Origin: Cyanophora paradoxa CCMP329
Lineage: Eukaryota > Plantae > Glaucophyta
DNA length: 44,514 bases
Assembly (NCBI GenBank): GCA_004431415.1
Contig: QPMI01000646.1
Location: 1-44,514 of the forward strand
Reading direction: 5' to 3'
Both the position numbers and the translations under genes were made by a program. The stretch's first letter is position 1, and every line of letters begins with the position of its first letter. Under the pieces are notes generated by a model, which was not told where the DNA came from, did no database searches, and saw nothing but the letters and a program-made list of their open reading frames with translations. Positions 24,076-34,238 of this stretch are shown here, piece after piece.

Positions 24076-24681
24076 CTATGCCCTCATGTATCCCGGACGG
24101 ATGCGCAATTTAGCGAATCCTGAAAGCATCGGCGCACCATTTGGAATCGAGTTAATCGGGTCAGATTGTGATGTAGCAACCCTTAGTATATTCTTGTTAA
24201 GCACCGGCAAATCCGTTTTATTGGATTCTTGGTAATCAATCGTTTTAGCGATTAATTCATTTGTTGCGGTCTTTTCTTCTTTGATTGGATCCGGTAGGAC
24301 ATCGAACGTAACATCGGGTTTCTTTGCTACCTTCTTTTTGGTTATCGGTTCCTCCGTTATCTTCTTCTCTTTCTCTACCTCTTCTGCGATACCATCAACG
24401 AGACTTTTAGCATGTCTGTATGGTACTGTTCTTAGATTACCTTTTGTTGATCTAATAAAGTAGCGGTTCCGGCGGTCTTTTTCTGAATAAGTTGAATATA
24501 GACGCTCACCACCATCGAGAAGTTTAAGAAGAGTCGATTTTTTCGCTACTTTATCAAGCGTTGCGCTTTTGAATTGCCCCTTTTTGATACCACGCTTAGC
24601 GCCCGGCATCTTGTTTAGCGGGACTTGATCAATAAGAGCGTTAGAATCGTTAGTATCATCTACCGGCGCCGTTTTGTTCAT
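24076..24681 (-). CDS. Hypothetical Lys-rich viral protein, 201 aa
   Basis: Open ORF overlapping the penton 3' end by 26 nt; no family recognised. Confidence 0.6.
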   Translation of the reverse strand: MNKTAPVDDTNDSNALIDQVPLNKMPGAKRGIKKGQFKSATLDKVAKKSTLLKLLDGGERLYSTYSEKDRRNRYFIRSTKGNLRTVPYRHAKSLVDGIAEEVEKEKKITEEPITKKKVAKKPDVTFDVLPDPIKEEKTATNELIAKTIDYQESNKTDLPVLNKNILRVATSQSDPINSIPNGAPMLSGFAKLRIRPGYMRA

Positions 24682-25381
24682 GAATGATCATAGAGTTATT
24701 GGTAGAATCATATTTTAGAAGATGTCCTACCTCTTGGTCAATCTCAATTTTAGCGAGCGCTTTGTCATCGCTGGTGTTCTTGCTTACGTAATTACCTTTG
24801 AGTGGATCGACATGTAAAAGGATGTACGAATTAAACAGGAGATCGACCGCTATGACGCTGTCAATGTAATTGGTATATGTGTAAGCACCAACGGTTACCG
24901 GTAAATCAAACAGAACCGATGGGTAACCTTCCGCTGACTCTTGCGGTACCGTTTCTGGAAATCCGAGGAAATTGGCTAAAATAAGACTACCAAACTTAAG
25001 ATTGAATTCAGACTCTCCCATAATTCTAAGTCGCATTGATGTGGGGTTATATGAGACATTGAAGTGACGGGTATAAGTTGTTCCCGCTGTACTATACACC
25101 TGTGTTGATATCGTAGCATTTAGAAGATTTACTAAACTATCTATGGTATATGATCCTTTCGCAATGAGATTATTTTTATTTTTAATAACACCTCCTGCGT
25201 CATATGTTGATGTTGTGAGTACTCCATCCTCGCTTAGATTGTAAATGTTATTGAACATTTCGAAATTAGTAACACGACACGCTTTAACATTTTGGATTGC
25301 ATGGGGAAGTTTATAAGAATAGTTTGTGGGGGTTCCTTCGTCCCGGTCTCGGGAATCAATATTTAGATAATAACGCGTCAT
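24656..25381 (-). CDS. Minor capsid protein (penton), 241 aa
   Basis: YLNIDSRDRD..YSYKLP..IQNVK..NNIYN, IAKGSYTIDSLVNLLN and LANFLGF are typical of PLV/virophage/NCLDV penton proteins; divergently adjacent to the MCP. Confidence 0.82.
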   Translation of the reverse strand: MTRYYLNIDSRDRDEGTPTNYSYKLPHAIQNVKACRVTNFEMFNNIYNLSEDGVLTTSTYDAGGVIKNKNNLIAKGSYTIDSLVNLLNATISTQVYSTAGTTYTRHFNVSYNPTSMRLRIMGESEFNLKFGSLILANFLGFPETVPQESAEGYPSVLFDLPVTVGAYTYTNYIDSVIAVDLLFNSYILLHVDPLKGNYVSKNTSDDKALAKIEIDQEVGHLLKYDSTNNSMIIHEQNGAGR

Positions 25382-25434
25382 TCTGTTTAATAAAGTAAAT
25401 TAAAATTTTCTTTTCGTATTTTAAACATAAGATC

Positions 25435-26661
25435 ATGTCGATTTCAGGCACAACTTTAAAGGAACTCCTCGTTACTCCCGGATCGGATCAAATTTATCTA
25501 TCTCCCGGTCTTCAAATCGGAACCAACGCCAAGTATAAGCCGTTCCTTGAACAGGTTCGCCCACGCGGTAACACTTTCGGATTCAAAACAACCGCTTATT
25601 TTGATCTACCACGCAAGCAACTACTAAGTGGCGTTTCGCTTTACTTTAAGGTTGCTACCGGTGGTGGTCAGGAATGCACACTACCCAATGGCGGCGCTTC
25701 TTACATTAAAGAAGTTCGTTTTACCCATGGTGGTTTTAAGTATATGATTCCTGGCGATTGGATCACTGTAAACACTCTGATCGATAATGATTACGCCACG
25801 CTTAGTAGCATGTATATTTCGCTTGGACTTGATACCGAGACAAACCGCACATCTACAAATTATTCATCTGAGTACGTAGTGAAAATTCCCGCTGCTTTCT
25901 GGGATGATGCGTACTTCCCCCTGTGTTGCCTGGCGGAAATGCCCGCTATTGAGGTAGACTTCCGCGAACCTTCGATTGTAGAAGTCCCCGCTGGTGGATC
26001 TGTCGCCATGACTGATTGCGGGCTAATCTGTCAATTCGTTAATATCGCTTCTGCGGAGGCGGAGACTCTCATTAAAATGGCGAATGAACAGGGAGGTATT
26101 CGTATTCCGATTACGGAAGTCATCCACAAAAAGACGCGATCGCTGAAAACCGCCGATTCTGGTGAGGCGGTCGAGGTTTCACTCGCTAACGTTTCCGGTC
26201 TGGTTCATTCAATTATTATGACTGTTCGCGATGTCAACAAACTGGAGAAATACACTCATTCTGATTTCCGCGGTTACACTTCTGCGGTTAAAATCGATGA
26301 ATTCCAAATTTTCCATAATAACCGATCGCTTGAAATCTCTAATAAACCCATTTCTGGTTTCCTCTCCGCTGCTAATCATATTCCTACACATTTCAAGGGT
26401 TGCACTGTTGGAAACAATGACTTTGGATTCGAAAATGCTTGTATCTACGGTGTTGTTCTCTCTAAATCTGGGAAGGATTCGCTCCATAATTCAGTCATGG
26501 GTTATCAAGATTTCTTCAACTCTGCAAGTTCGTACATGGATCTGACCGTTTCCGGTTGCACAGATGCTGCGCCGGTTCAGGTTGACATTTATTCCTTACG
26601 TCATAATGTCATGATTCTTAATGGGTACAACATTAGTACGCTTAAGGTGTCAAATTTCTAA
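25435..26661 (+). CDS. Double jelly-roll major capsid protein, 408 aa
   Basis: Motif order resembles NCLDV-type MCPs: LLVTPGSDQIYLS, FGFKTTAYFDLPRKQLL, YIKEVRFTHGG..GDWI, IPAAFW..FPLCCL..IEVDFR, GLVHSII, VDIYSLRHNVM. Lies between penton and ATPase. Confidence 0.85.
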   Translation: MSISGTTLKELLVTPGSDQIYLSPGLQIGTNAKYKPFLEQVRPRGNTFGFKTTAYFDLPRKQLLSGVSLYFKVATGGGQECTLPNGGASYIKEVRFTHGGFKYMIPGDWITVNTLIDNDYATLSSMYISLGLDTETNRTSTNYSSEYVVKIPAAFWDDAYFPLCCLAEMPAIEVDFREPSIVEVPAGGSVAMTDCGLICQFVNIASAEAETLIKMANEQGGIRIPITEVIHKKTRSLKTADSGEAVEVSLANVSGLVHSIIMTVRDVNKLEKYTHSDFRGYTSAVKIDEFQIFHNNRSLEISNKPISGFLSAANHIPTHFKGCTVGNNDFGFENACIYGVVLSKSGKDSLHNSVMGYQDFFNSASSYMDLTVSGCTDAAPVQVDIYSLRHNVMILNGYNISTLKVSNF

Positions 26662-26763
26662 GCATTATTCTTTTCTTTCCTAAGAATAGGAACCCCCGAA
26701 AGTTGCGTATTGGTTAGCGCATTATTTTGTTTTTTATCTTATTACTGTAACGGACACACAGTA

Positions 26764-27516
26764 ATGGATATAGATTTAAATGATATTCCCGAATTCGAGC
26801 CGGCAAAAACAGCTAAATTACCGTCGCGTTTCTTACTGGCTGGTAGGTCTAATTCTGGAAAAACGACATATTGCAAATATCTACTTTATGAACTGCGTGA
26901 TAAGATCGATCAAATCGTAGTGTTTAGTTCCACTGCTTTTACGGGTCAATTCAAAGATATAACGCATCCTGGAAATATCTATGAGGAATGGGACGATAAT
27001 GTGGTGATAAAACTAATTAGTATGCAAAAGAAACGAATCGAAAACAATGAGAAACGTAATAGTTTGGTAATAATTTTAGATGACATGATCGGTTCCACAC
27101 TGAATATGGAAACAAATATGACCTTAAAAAAACTTGTTACAAGTGGAAGACATTATAATATTACCGTAATTTTCAATGTTCAGCGTTTATGTTCTATTTC
27201 TACTACCATTCGTCGTAATGTGGAATTCGTGGTTTTCTTCAATATTTTAGGGAATGAGAAAGAGTTTCAATGTGCTTATGATGAATATAACGCTGGAATG
27301 GATAGGAAGACCTACAAAGAACTACATAGACTTTGGGGTTACAATTATCAGACCGTCATAACTGGATTGCAAGGATACGATATAAAGACCTATACCGATC
27401 GCGCAATATTGACAGATGATGACATGAAAGCATTCCGCAAGTTTGTTAAGAAACGAGCGATAAAAAAGAGAGAATCGGTAAGAATTAGTAATGAACCCAC
27501 GACTATTATGGTTTAG
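26764..27516 (+). CDS. A32-like (FtsK-HerA superfamily) genome packaging ATPase
   Basis: Walker A AGRSNSGKTT, Walker B LVIILDDM, SGRHYNITVIFNVQ, IRRN. The ATG at 26764 is preferred to the TTG at 26710. Confidence 0.93.
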   Translation: MDIDLNDIPEFEPAKTAKLPSRFLLAGRSNSGKTTYCKYLLYELRDKIDQIVVFSSTAFTGQFKDITHPGNIYEEWDDNVVIKLISMQKKRIENNEKRNSLVIILDDMIGSTLNMETNMTLKKLVTSGRHYNITVIFNVQRLCSISTTIRRNVEFVVFFNILGNEKEFQCAYDEYNAGMDRKTYKELHRLWGYNYQTVITGLQGYDIKTYTDRAILTDDDMKAFRKFVKKRAIKKRESVRISNEPTTIMV

Positions 27517-27520
27517 GTTT

Positions 27521-28058
27521 GTATAATCTAAGAAGTCGAAGTCGAGCATGAATTATTTTTATTAAACTTTTGGTTAAAAGTTACTGTGAATCGTGCGGAA
27601 TCTTTGTAGAAGAGTCGCGAAAAAAGACACAACGGGCTTCTTACTGTTTATCGTGCGGAATCTTGTGGAATTGTGGGAGACACTGCATAGAAAATGGTGT
27701 TACGGTGGATCGTGTGGTGATTCGATGAAGTTGTATTTTTTTGGATCTTGACACTGAGCCTTACGGTGATTTTCGAAAAGATTCGATGCTGTTACGGTGG
27801 ATCGTGCGGTGATTCGATGAAGTTGTATTTTATCGATTAATTTTTCGATCGTGACACTGAGCCTTACGGTGATTTTCGAAAAGATTCGATGCTGTTACGG
27901 TGGATCGTGTGGTGATTCGATGAAGTTGTATTTTATCGATTAATTTTTCGATCGTGACACTGAGCCTTACGGTGATTTTCGAAAAGATTCGATGCTGTTA
28001 CGGTGGATCGTGTGGTCGCGCGAGGTTATTGTTTGGAGACATTGCGCCAAGCTGAGCT
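27521..28058 (-). repeat. Right TIR of the virus (538 bp)
   Basis: Reverse complement of 17624-18149 plus a 12-bp insert ACACAACGGGCT. Confidence 0.95.
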
Positions 28059-29056
28059 CGCGCGGAAAGATGTCCGGGCCCGTGCAGGATCGAATTTTTG
28101 CCGCCGGCTGGGTTCTCGTGCTCTTTCGCGTCTTCGAAGCTTGTGGAAGGCTTAGATAAAATCCCAAATGAATATAGTAGCGATGGGCTCGCGTGAGGAT
28201 GCGAGGGCGCGCGGAAAGACGTGCAGGTCCGTGAAGGATCGAATTTTCGGGGTCGGCTGGGTCCTCGCGGCCCGGCGCATCTGCAAAGCGTGGGGAACGC
28301 TTTGTCTACATCTCAGATGCTTATGCTATTGTTCCGCGCATGCGCCGCGGAGCGGGCGCGCGGAAAGTTGCCCGGGTCTGTGCAGGATCGAATTTTTGCC
28401 GTCGGGTACCTTCCTGCGCTGTTCCGGCTCCGAAAAGCGGATTTCGGGCGTGCGCAGGCCCTGCTATGTCTATGCGCGCCAGTACGCATCGATTGCGCGC
28501 GTCGCGGGACCGGACGGGACCGGCCGGATCAAATGTTCGGCCGACGCTTCCCACTGCAGCGTCGAGGGCGCCCGAAATCGAGCTTGCAGCGATGCGCTCG
28601 CCCTCGTGCATCATTCTGTATCGTTCTGGGGCGTCCCTGGCGCGATTTCGTCGCGGGACCGGGCGGGACCGGGTCCCACCTTCTGACCCGGACTGCATTT
28701 GTCGGAGGTTAAGTACCGGAATTGATCCAGAGGGAAATTCGATTTTCGTGCGATGCCCACGGGCGAGCGGTCGTCTTAGGGGAGCCAGGCCGCTAAAAAT
28801 GGATCTAGAGAGGTCTGTGGGGGTTAGGGTAGCTGAGTCATTAGCGGCAATCGCGTCCGTGTCGAGGCAAAATTTATAATTCCGTCTCGAGGAGGTGCGA
28901 CACGGAAATTATTTAGTAGGGGGGATCTCGAGTGGAAAAAAAGGTTAAAAAAGGAATTAGGGTCGTCGGTTTTTGGGTTTGAGAAAGAGGCTTCGCCTGA
29001 TTAGTTTAGGGGGGTACTCACAGACACACCATTTCTTGCACTCTATGACCGTCGGA

Positions 29057-30017
29057 CGAATCGCAAGCAGTCAGGAGTGCGTGGTCGCTGAGCAGTCAGG
29101 AGTGCGTGGTCGCTGAGCAGCCTGTCCTCCGAATCGCTGAGCAGAACGGACATTCTATTTCTCGGGTCGATCGGTCGCAAGAAAGAACACGCCAACGTAA
29201 ATGTGGTAGAGGTCATGGTGTGTGCCTGCCCGACTTTTTTGACACTTCTATTCTGCGATCGATCTTCTTTTTTGCCCAGGGGTCTGTCTGCGATCTTTCT
29301 ATTCGAGGGTTCGCGGCAAGCTCGGTGAGTGCACACTTATGTGCACTCATCACTCAATGCAATAACCGCACTGTCCCAGGCTATCGTGAAGCAAACGGCA
29401 CCTCCCATCAAGCCGGACGACCCGCACAAGTTTCTCGTGGCCTTTGATGGCTCTGTCGCGTCGACAAAGGCATTGGATGTGCGAGTTCTGTGTCGAACTT
29501 GTTTTGGTGACATATGCTGAAGGTGCTCTGCAGCTGGCTCTACGTTTCGCCAAAGAGGCAGACGAGGTCTTTGTCTACCTCGTGACGGACTACCTTTCGT
29601 TCTCTTCATTCTTTGAGAAGCGGATCGACGAACTTATTAAACAGCGCCAACGAAGGGGGTTGGTTCATGTGGCGAAAAAATCCAAGAAGAGCATCGCTGA
29701 CCAGATTCTGGATTTTGCGGATGCAAAAGGCCCCATGACGTTCTTGTTTCTTGGGGCTGGTGCGTGTCACTTTTTTTGCACTCGTGTGCATGCACAAACT
29801 TTGAACTTAGATGGTATGGGGAAAAGCCATTCGAAAGTGGATTCCACTGGCAAGGAGGTCGCAGCCCTCCCACCCCTTGCTAGCAAGTTGCTTTGGGCTG
29901 ACCCCTTCGCCCTAGACTCCTGTTCTGGGCTCGGTTGCCGACTACTGCATTAAACACTCGACGACCCCCGTCATCGTGGTCAAGGCCACTGACGATTACG
30001 TGTTCAAGCTTTTGTAA
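29057..30017 (+). pseudogene. 5'-truncated duplicate of the Usp gene
   Basis: Begins late in exon 2 (CGAATCGCAAGCAG), lacks the start and exon 1, and ends ..VIVVKATDDYVFKLL*. Confidence 0.85.
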
Positions 30018-30873
30018 CACATTTGGACATGTACTTAAACGCAGGTCCAGGCTACAAGTGTGGGAATGTACACTGCGGCCGCCGCAGCCACGGGCCCAGC
30101 CCACTGAGCTTGCGCCCGCCCAGCCAAGCCCTGCGTTGCCCTCTGAGGGGTGTAATGCGCCTCCCCTCGGACACTCTAGCTAGCTATAGCTACATGTGCC
30201 CTTACAGCAGGTGCGGCATCGCGTCTTGGGGAGGTGGGGTCATCTTGGGGTGGTGGCCGGAGCCCCTACGGGCTCTGGGGACCCAACATGGAGTCAGCCT
30301 GCGCCAGGGGCGCAGGCGCAAAGTGGCAACAAGCAACCAGCCCGCACCCGATAGACGTTGACGTTTGTCCCTGGGGGCCTAAAGCAAGGAGCAATCTGTG
30401 CGCCACTGCGCGTCCCAGCTGCAGTGACTGCGCTTCTAAAGCTTTACCATTAACACTAATACAACGTTAAGCGTTTTACATTAATATTGTTGAATTAGAA
30501 CCCGGGCTAATCAGGCGAAGCCTCTTTCTCAAACCCAAAAACCGCCGATATAAATTCCTTTTTTAACCTTTTTTTCCACTCAAGATCCCCCCTGCTAAAT
30601 AATTTCCGCGTCGCACTCCCTCGAGGACGAATTATTAATTCTGCCTCGACACGGACGCGATTGCCGCTAATGACTCAGCTACCCTAACCCCCACAGACCT
30701 CTCTAGATCCATTTTTAGCGTCGTGGCTCCCCTAAGACGACCGCTCGCCCGTGGGCGTCGCGCGAAATCGAATTTCCCTCTGGATCAATTCCGGTACTTA
30801 ACCTCCGACAAATGCAGTCCGAGTCAGAAGGTGGGACCCGGTCCCGCCCGGTCCCGCGACGAAATCGCGCCAG
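29057..30873 (+). repeat. Direct segmental duplication of 14420-16233 (Usp 3' part, downstream flank, element 5' end)
   Basis: Appears identical to 14420-16233 except for 1-nt homopolymer indels; substitutions begin at 30874/16234. Confidence 0.93.
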
Positions 30874-31098
30874 AGAGACCCCAGAACGATACAGAATGCC
30901 GCGCGAGGGCGAGCGCATCGCCGCAAGCTCGATTTCAAGCGCCGTCGGCGCTCCAGTGCGAACAGTCGGCCGAAATTTGATCCGGCCGGTTCCGCCCGGT
31001 CCCCGACGCGCGCAATGCATGCCTACGGGCGCGCATAGACATAGCAGCGCCTGCGCACCCCGAAATCCGCTTTTCGGAGCCGGAAGAGCGCAGGAAGG

Positions 31099-31750
31099 TA
31101 CCCGACGGCAAAAATTCGATCCTAGACAGGCCCGGAGATCTTTCCGCGCGCCCACGCCGCGGCGCATGCGCGGAGCAATAGTATAAACATTTGAGATGTA
31201 GAAGAAGCCTTCCGCACGGTCTCTAAATGCGCCGGGCCGCGAGGACCCAGCCGACCCCGGAAATTCGATCCTGGACGGACCTGCACAACTTTCCGCGCGC
31301 CCTCGCATCCTCACGCGAGCGCTTCGCTACAATTTTCAGTTGACTCCTTTTTAAAGCTTTTCGCAAGGTCTGCAGGCGCGACACGGCACGAGAACCCAGC
31401 CGACGCAAAAATTCGATCCTGGACATACCCGACGGCAAAAATTCGATCCTAGACAGGCCCGGAGATCTTTCCGCGCGCCCACGCCGCGGCGCATGCGCGG
31501 AACGATAGCATAAGCATTTGAGATGTAGAAGAAGCCTTCCGCACGGTCTCTAAATGCACCAGGCCGCGAGGACCCACCCGACCCCGGAAATTCGATCCTC
31601 GACGGACCTGCACAACTTTCCGCGCGCCCTCGCATCCTCACGCGAGCGCATCGCTACAATTTTCAGTTGACTCCTTTTTAAAGCTTTTCGCAAGCTCTGC
31701 AGGCGCGACAGGGCACGAGAACCCAGCCGACGCAAAAATTCGATCCTGGC
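31099..31750 (+). repeat. Tandem repeat, ~327-bp unit x2, built from AAAATTCGATCCT core subunits
   Basis: CCCGACGGCAAAAATTCGATCCTAGACAGG at 31101 and 31428. Confidence 0.88.
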
Positions 31751-31912
31751 CACGCCTGCACATCTTTCCGCACGCGCTCGCCTCCGCAGCCCCGCACATC
31801 GATGCTATATGCATTCGAGATTCTGTTTAAGCGATTCTCTGTGCATGCGCCTGGCCGCGAGAACCTCGCCCTCCCGGCCTCCTTCCCAACAATATTATAA
31901 AATAAACTCCTC

Positions 31913-32495
31913 AAAATTCGATCCTTCACGGACGCGCACGTCTTTCCGCGCGCCCTCGAGATCTGCACTGCCAGATAATTATTAATTAGATCTTCCCCAG
32001 ATCGATCTTCGAGTATATAATTATAGTTATATCCCGTCTCAGCAGCCCGGCGCCCTTCCTCAGTTCTCGATCGAGACCTCCGACGACGCGACAGGGCGCA
32101 AGAATCCAGGTGACCCCGAAAATTCGATCCTTCACGGACGCGCACCGCGGCGCACGTCTTTCGGCGCGCCCTCGACATCTGCACTGCCAGATAATTGTTA
32201 ATTAGATCTGCCCCAGGTCGATCTTCGAGTATATAATTATAGTTATATCCCGTCTCAGCAGCCCGGCGCCCTTCCTCAGTTCTCGATCGAGACCTCCGAC
32301 GACGCGACAGGGCGCAACAATCCAGGTGACCCCGAAAATTCGATCCTTCACGGACGCGCACCGCGGCGCACGTCTGTCGGCGCGCCCTCGAGATCTGCAC
32401 TGCCAGATAATTATTAATTAGATCTGCCCCAGGTCGATCTTCGAGTATATAATTATACTTATATCCCGTCTCAGCAGCCCGGCGCCCTTCCTCAG
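31913..32495 (+). repeat. Tandem repeat, 216-bp unit, about 2.6 copies
   Basis: ATCTGCACTGCCAGATAATT..TCTTCGAGTATATAATTATA recurs at about 31960, 32176 and 32392. Confidence 0.9.
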
Positions 32496-34238
32496 ATTTG
32501 CCAAGATCCTGAATACAAAAAACAATTTCGCGAACACATTGGCAAGATCTGTCAAGATCTTGAATTAAAAAAAGATCTCACCGATCTCGCGCCATTGACG
32601 ATTCGATGACGGATTTAGTTGTGATTAACAGAAGCCTTGAAGATCTTGCGATTAACAGAAGCCTTCAAGATCTTGTCACTGAGTCGTCAAATCTTGAATG
32701 AAAAAAAGATCGAGCAGAACCGAAACATCGCCATTGAGCAATCCATTGGTTATGCCAATGCACCGATCGCGATTCGCGAGTGGACCGGCCGGCCAAGCTC
32801 CGAGAATAGCCTAGCCTAGTAGTAGCGCTCAGACAGACTGATGAGACAGTACGTATACTAGTGCGAAGCAGCTACAAACGTGAACCAGGCCGCCGCACTG
32901 CCAACCGGGCCAACTATCAGTCTACTACTATAGCTAGCTGTGCCGCCTGTGCCCCTCTGCCAGTGCTCAGAGGCTAGGTATAGCTATACCGCAATCTCCA
33001 ATGCTGTAGTTCTGCAAGAGAGCACTGCGGCAATAGCTATAGCGAGCCGGCCGGCCAGCCAGTATACGTAGTTATAGAGCGCTTACTAGCTGTGACATTG
33101 CCAGTTCGAGTCAGTACGTATATACAGTCCGGCGTAGTGTACGCGCTGTGCTAGGCAGTGCTCAGAGGCTAGCTAATAGTAGCTATACCGCAATGCTGTA
33201 GTCCTGCAAGGGAGCTATAGCTATAGCGAGCCGGCCGGGCAGCCATTATACGTAGTTATAGAGCGCCTACTGTGACAGTGCCAGTTCGAGTCAGTACATA
33301 TATACAGTCCGGCGTAGTGTACGCGTGCAATCCGTACTAGCGGCGCATGCGCAGTCTGGCGCTGTACTATAGCGCTCTCTAGCGCGAATCTGAACCTGGT
33401 ACTGTCAAGTCCGGCTAGCCTAGTAGGTAGCGCTAGACCGCGGTCAAAAGTTATAGAGCGCACACTGTGACTATAACGCTGTCTAGCGCGAATCTGAACC
33501 CGGCACTGTCAAGTCCGGCTAGCTAGCGCTAGATCTACAGCGCGTATTCGCGAATACGTATACGTACATATACGTAAGCGTTGACATCCGTACGTATACG
33601 TACATATATACATATATATGTACGCGTTCACATCCATACCGTGTGCAGAATTGCAATTACAGTACGCGAACGTGTGGAACTTTTCGTGGACACAACCCTA
33701 TGCGTATAATCAAGAAGCCGGGACTCTATGCGCCGATTGCGCGCGTCCGCTGGCGTCGTAAACGTGCACGCCAGCGAAACATCTTGAAATGCATCTTCTT
33801 CGTGATTGTACAGCAGTTCCGGGCGATATCATTGTCGTCCGGTATTGCGTGGAGTCTGCTAGAAGGTTAGCATCCCCGCCCTGCTATTGGCCCTGCACGC
33901 CCGCTGTCTCCGAGGCTCCGCGTCGCCCAACTACGTATACGCTGTGAACAGATGCAAGCGCCGCCACCGACATGCCGTGCTGCCTCTCGTCATCCGTGGC
34001 TGCAGGTGGCGCCGCAGCAAGTACGCCGGAACGACATGCCAGCGCCGCAACAGACGTGCACCACTGCCCCGTCTCATGCTCACTGTCGCGCTCTGCCCGT
34101 GCATGGAGTCTGCTAGAAGGTGAGGATTGCTGCTATTTAAGATGCGGGCCCGTGCCTGCCACCTCGCCGAACACCACCGACAGCAGATACAAGCACCGCA
34201 CCGCCCGTCTCCCCCTGCGTGTCCTCGTCCGCGACTGC

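Larger units (their letters stand above)
17624..28058. mobile_element. Complete endogenous Polinton-like virus / Maverick-type element, 10,435 bp
   Basis: Termini AGCTCAGC..GCTGAGCT; long TIRs; 5-bp TSD CGCGC at 17619-17623 and 28059-28063; AT-rich intronless ORFs for integrase, Pol-helicase, penton, MCP and ATPase. Confidence 0.95.
17415..29004 (-). mobile_element. Non-autonomous Helentron-type element copy B (~1.15 kb when empty), interrupted by the Polinton-like virus
   Basis: 5' end CTAATCAGGCGAAGCCTC on the minus strand at 29004-28987; 3' subTIR at 17448-17458, hairpin at 17424-17440 and CTTGT end at 17415. 28201-29004 is a diverged inverted homolog of 15867-16673. Removing the virus and one CGCGC restores an intact core repeat GGGCGCGCGGAAAGATG. 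Confidence 0.72.

Noticed and set aside
15867-29004. One 13-kb element with ~800-bp outer TIRs including the viral genes
   Set aside because: The outer inverted repeats are diverged and lack a TSD. They are better explained as two oppositely oriented HINE copies, each with its own 3' end. The true viral ends are fixed by AG..CT termini and the CGCGC TSD.
29005-29056. Possible terminus of another DNA transposon (TTA-GGGGGGTACTCACAG)
   Set aside because: No matching opposite end found in the window; treated as filler.
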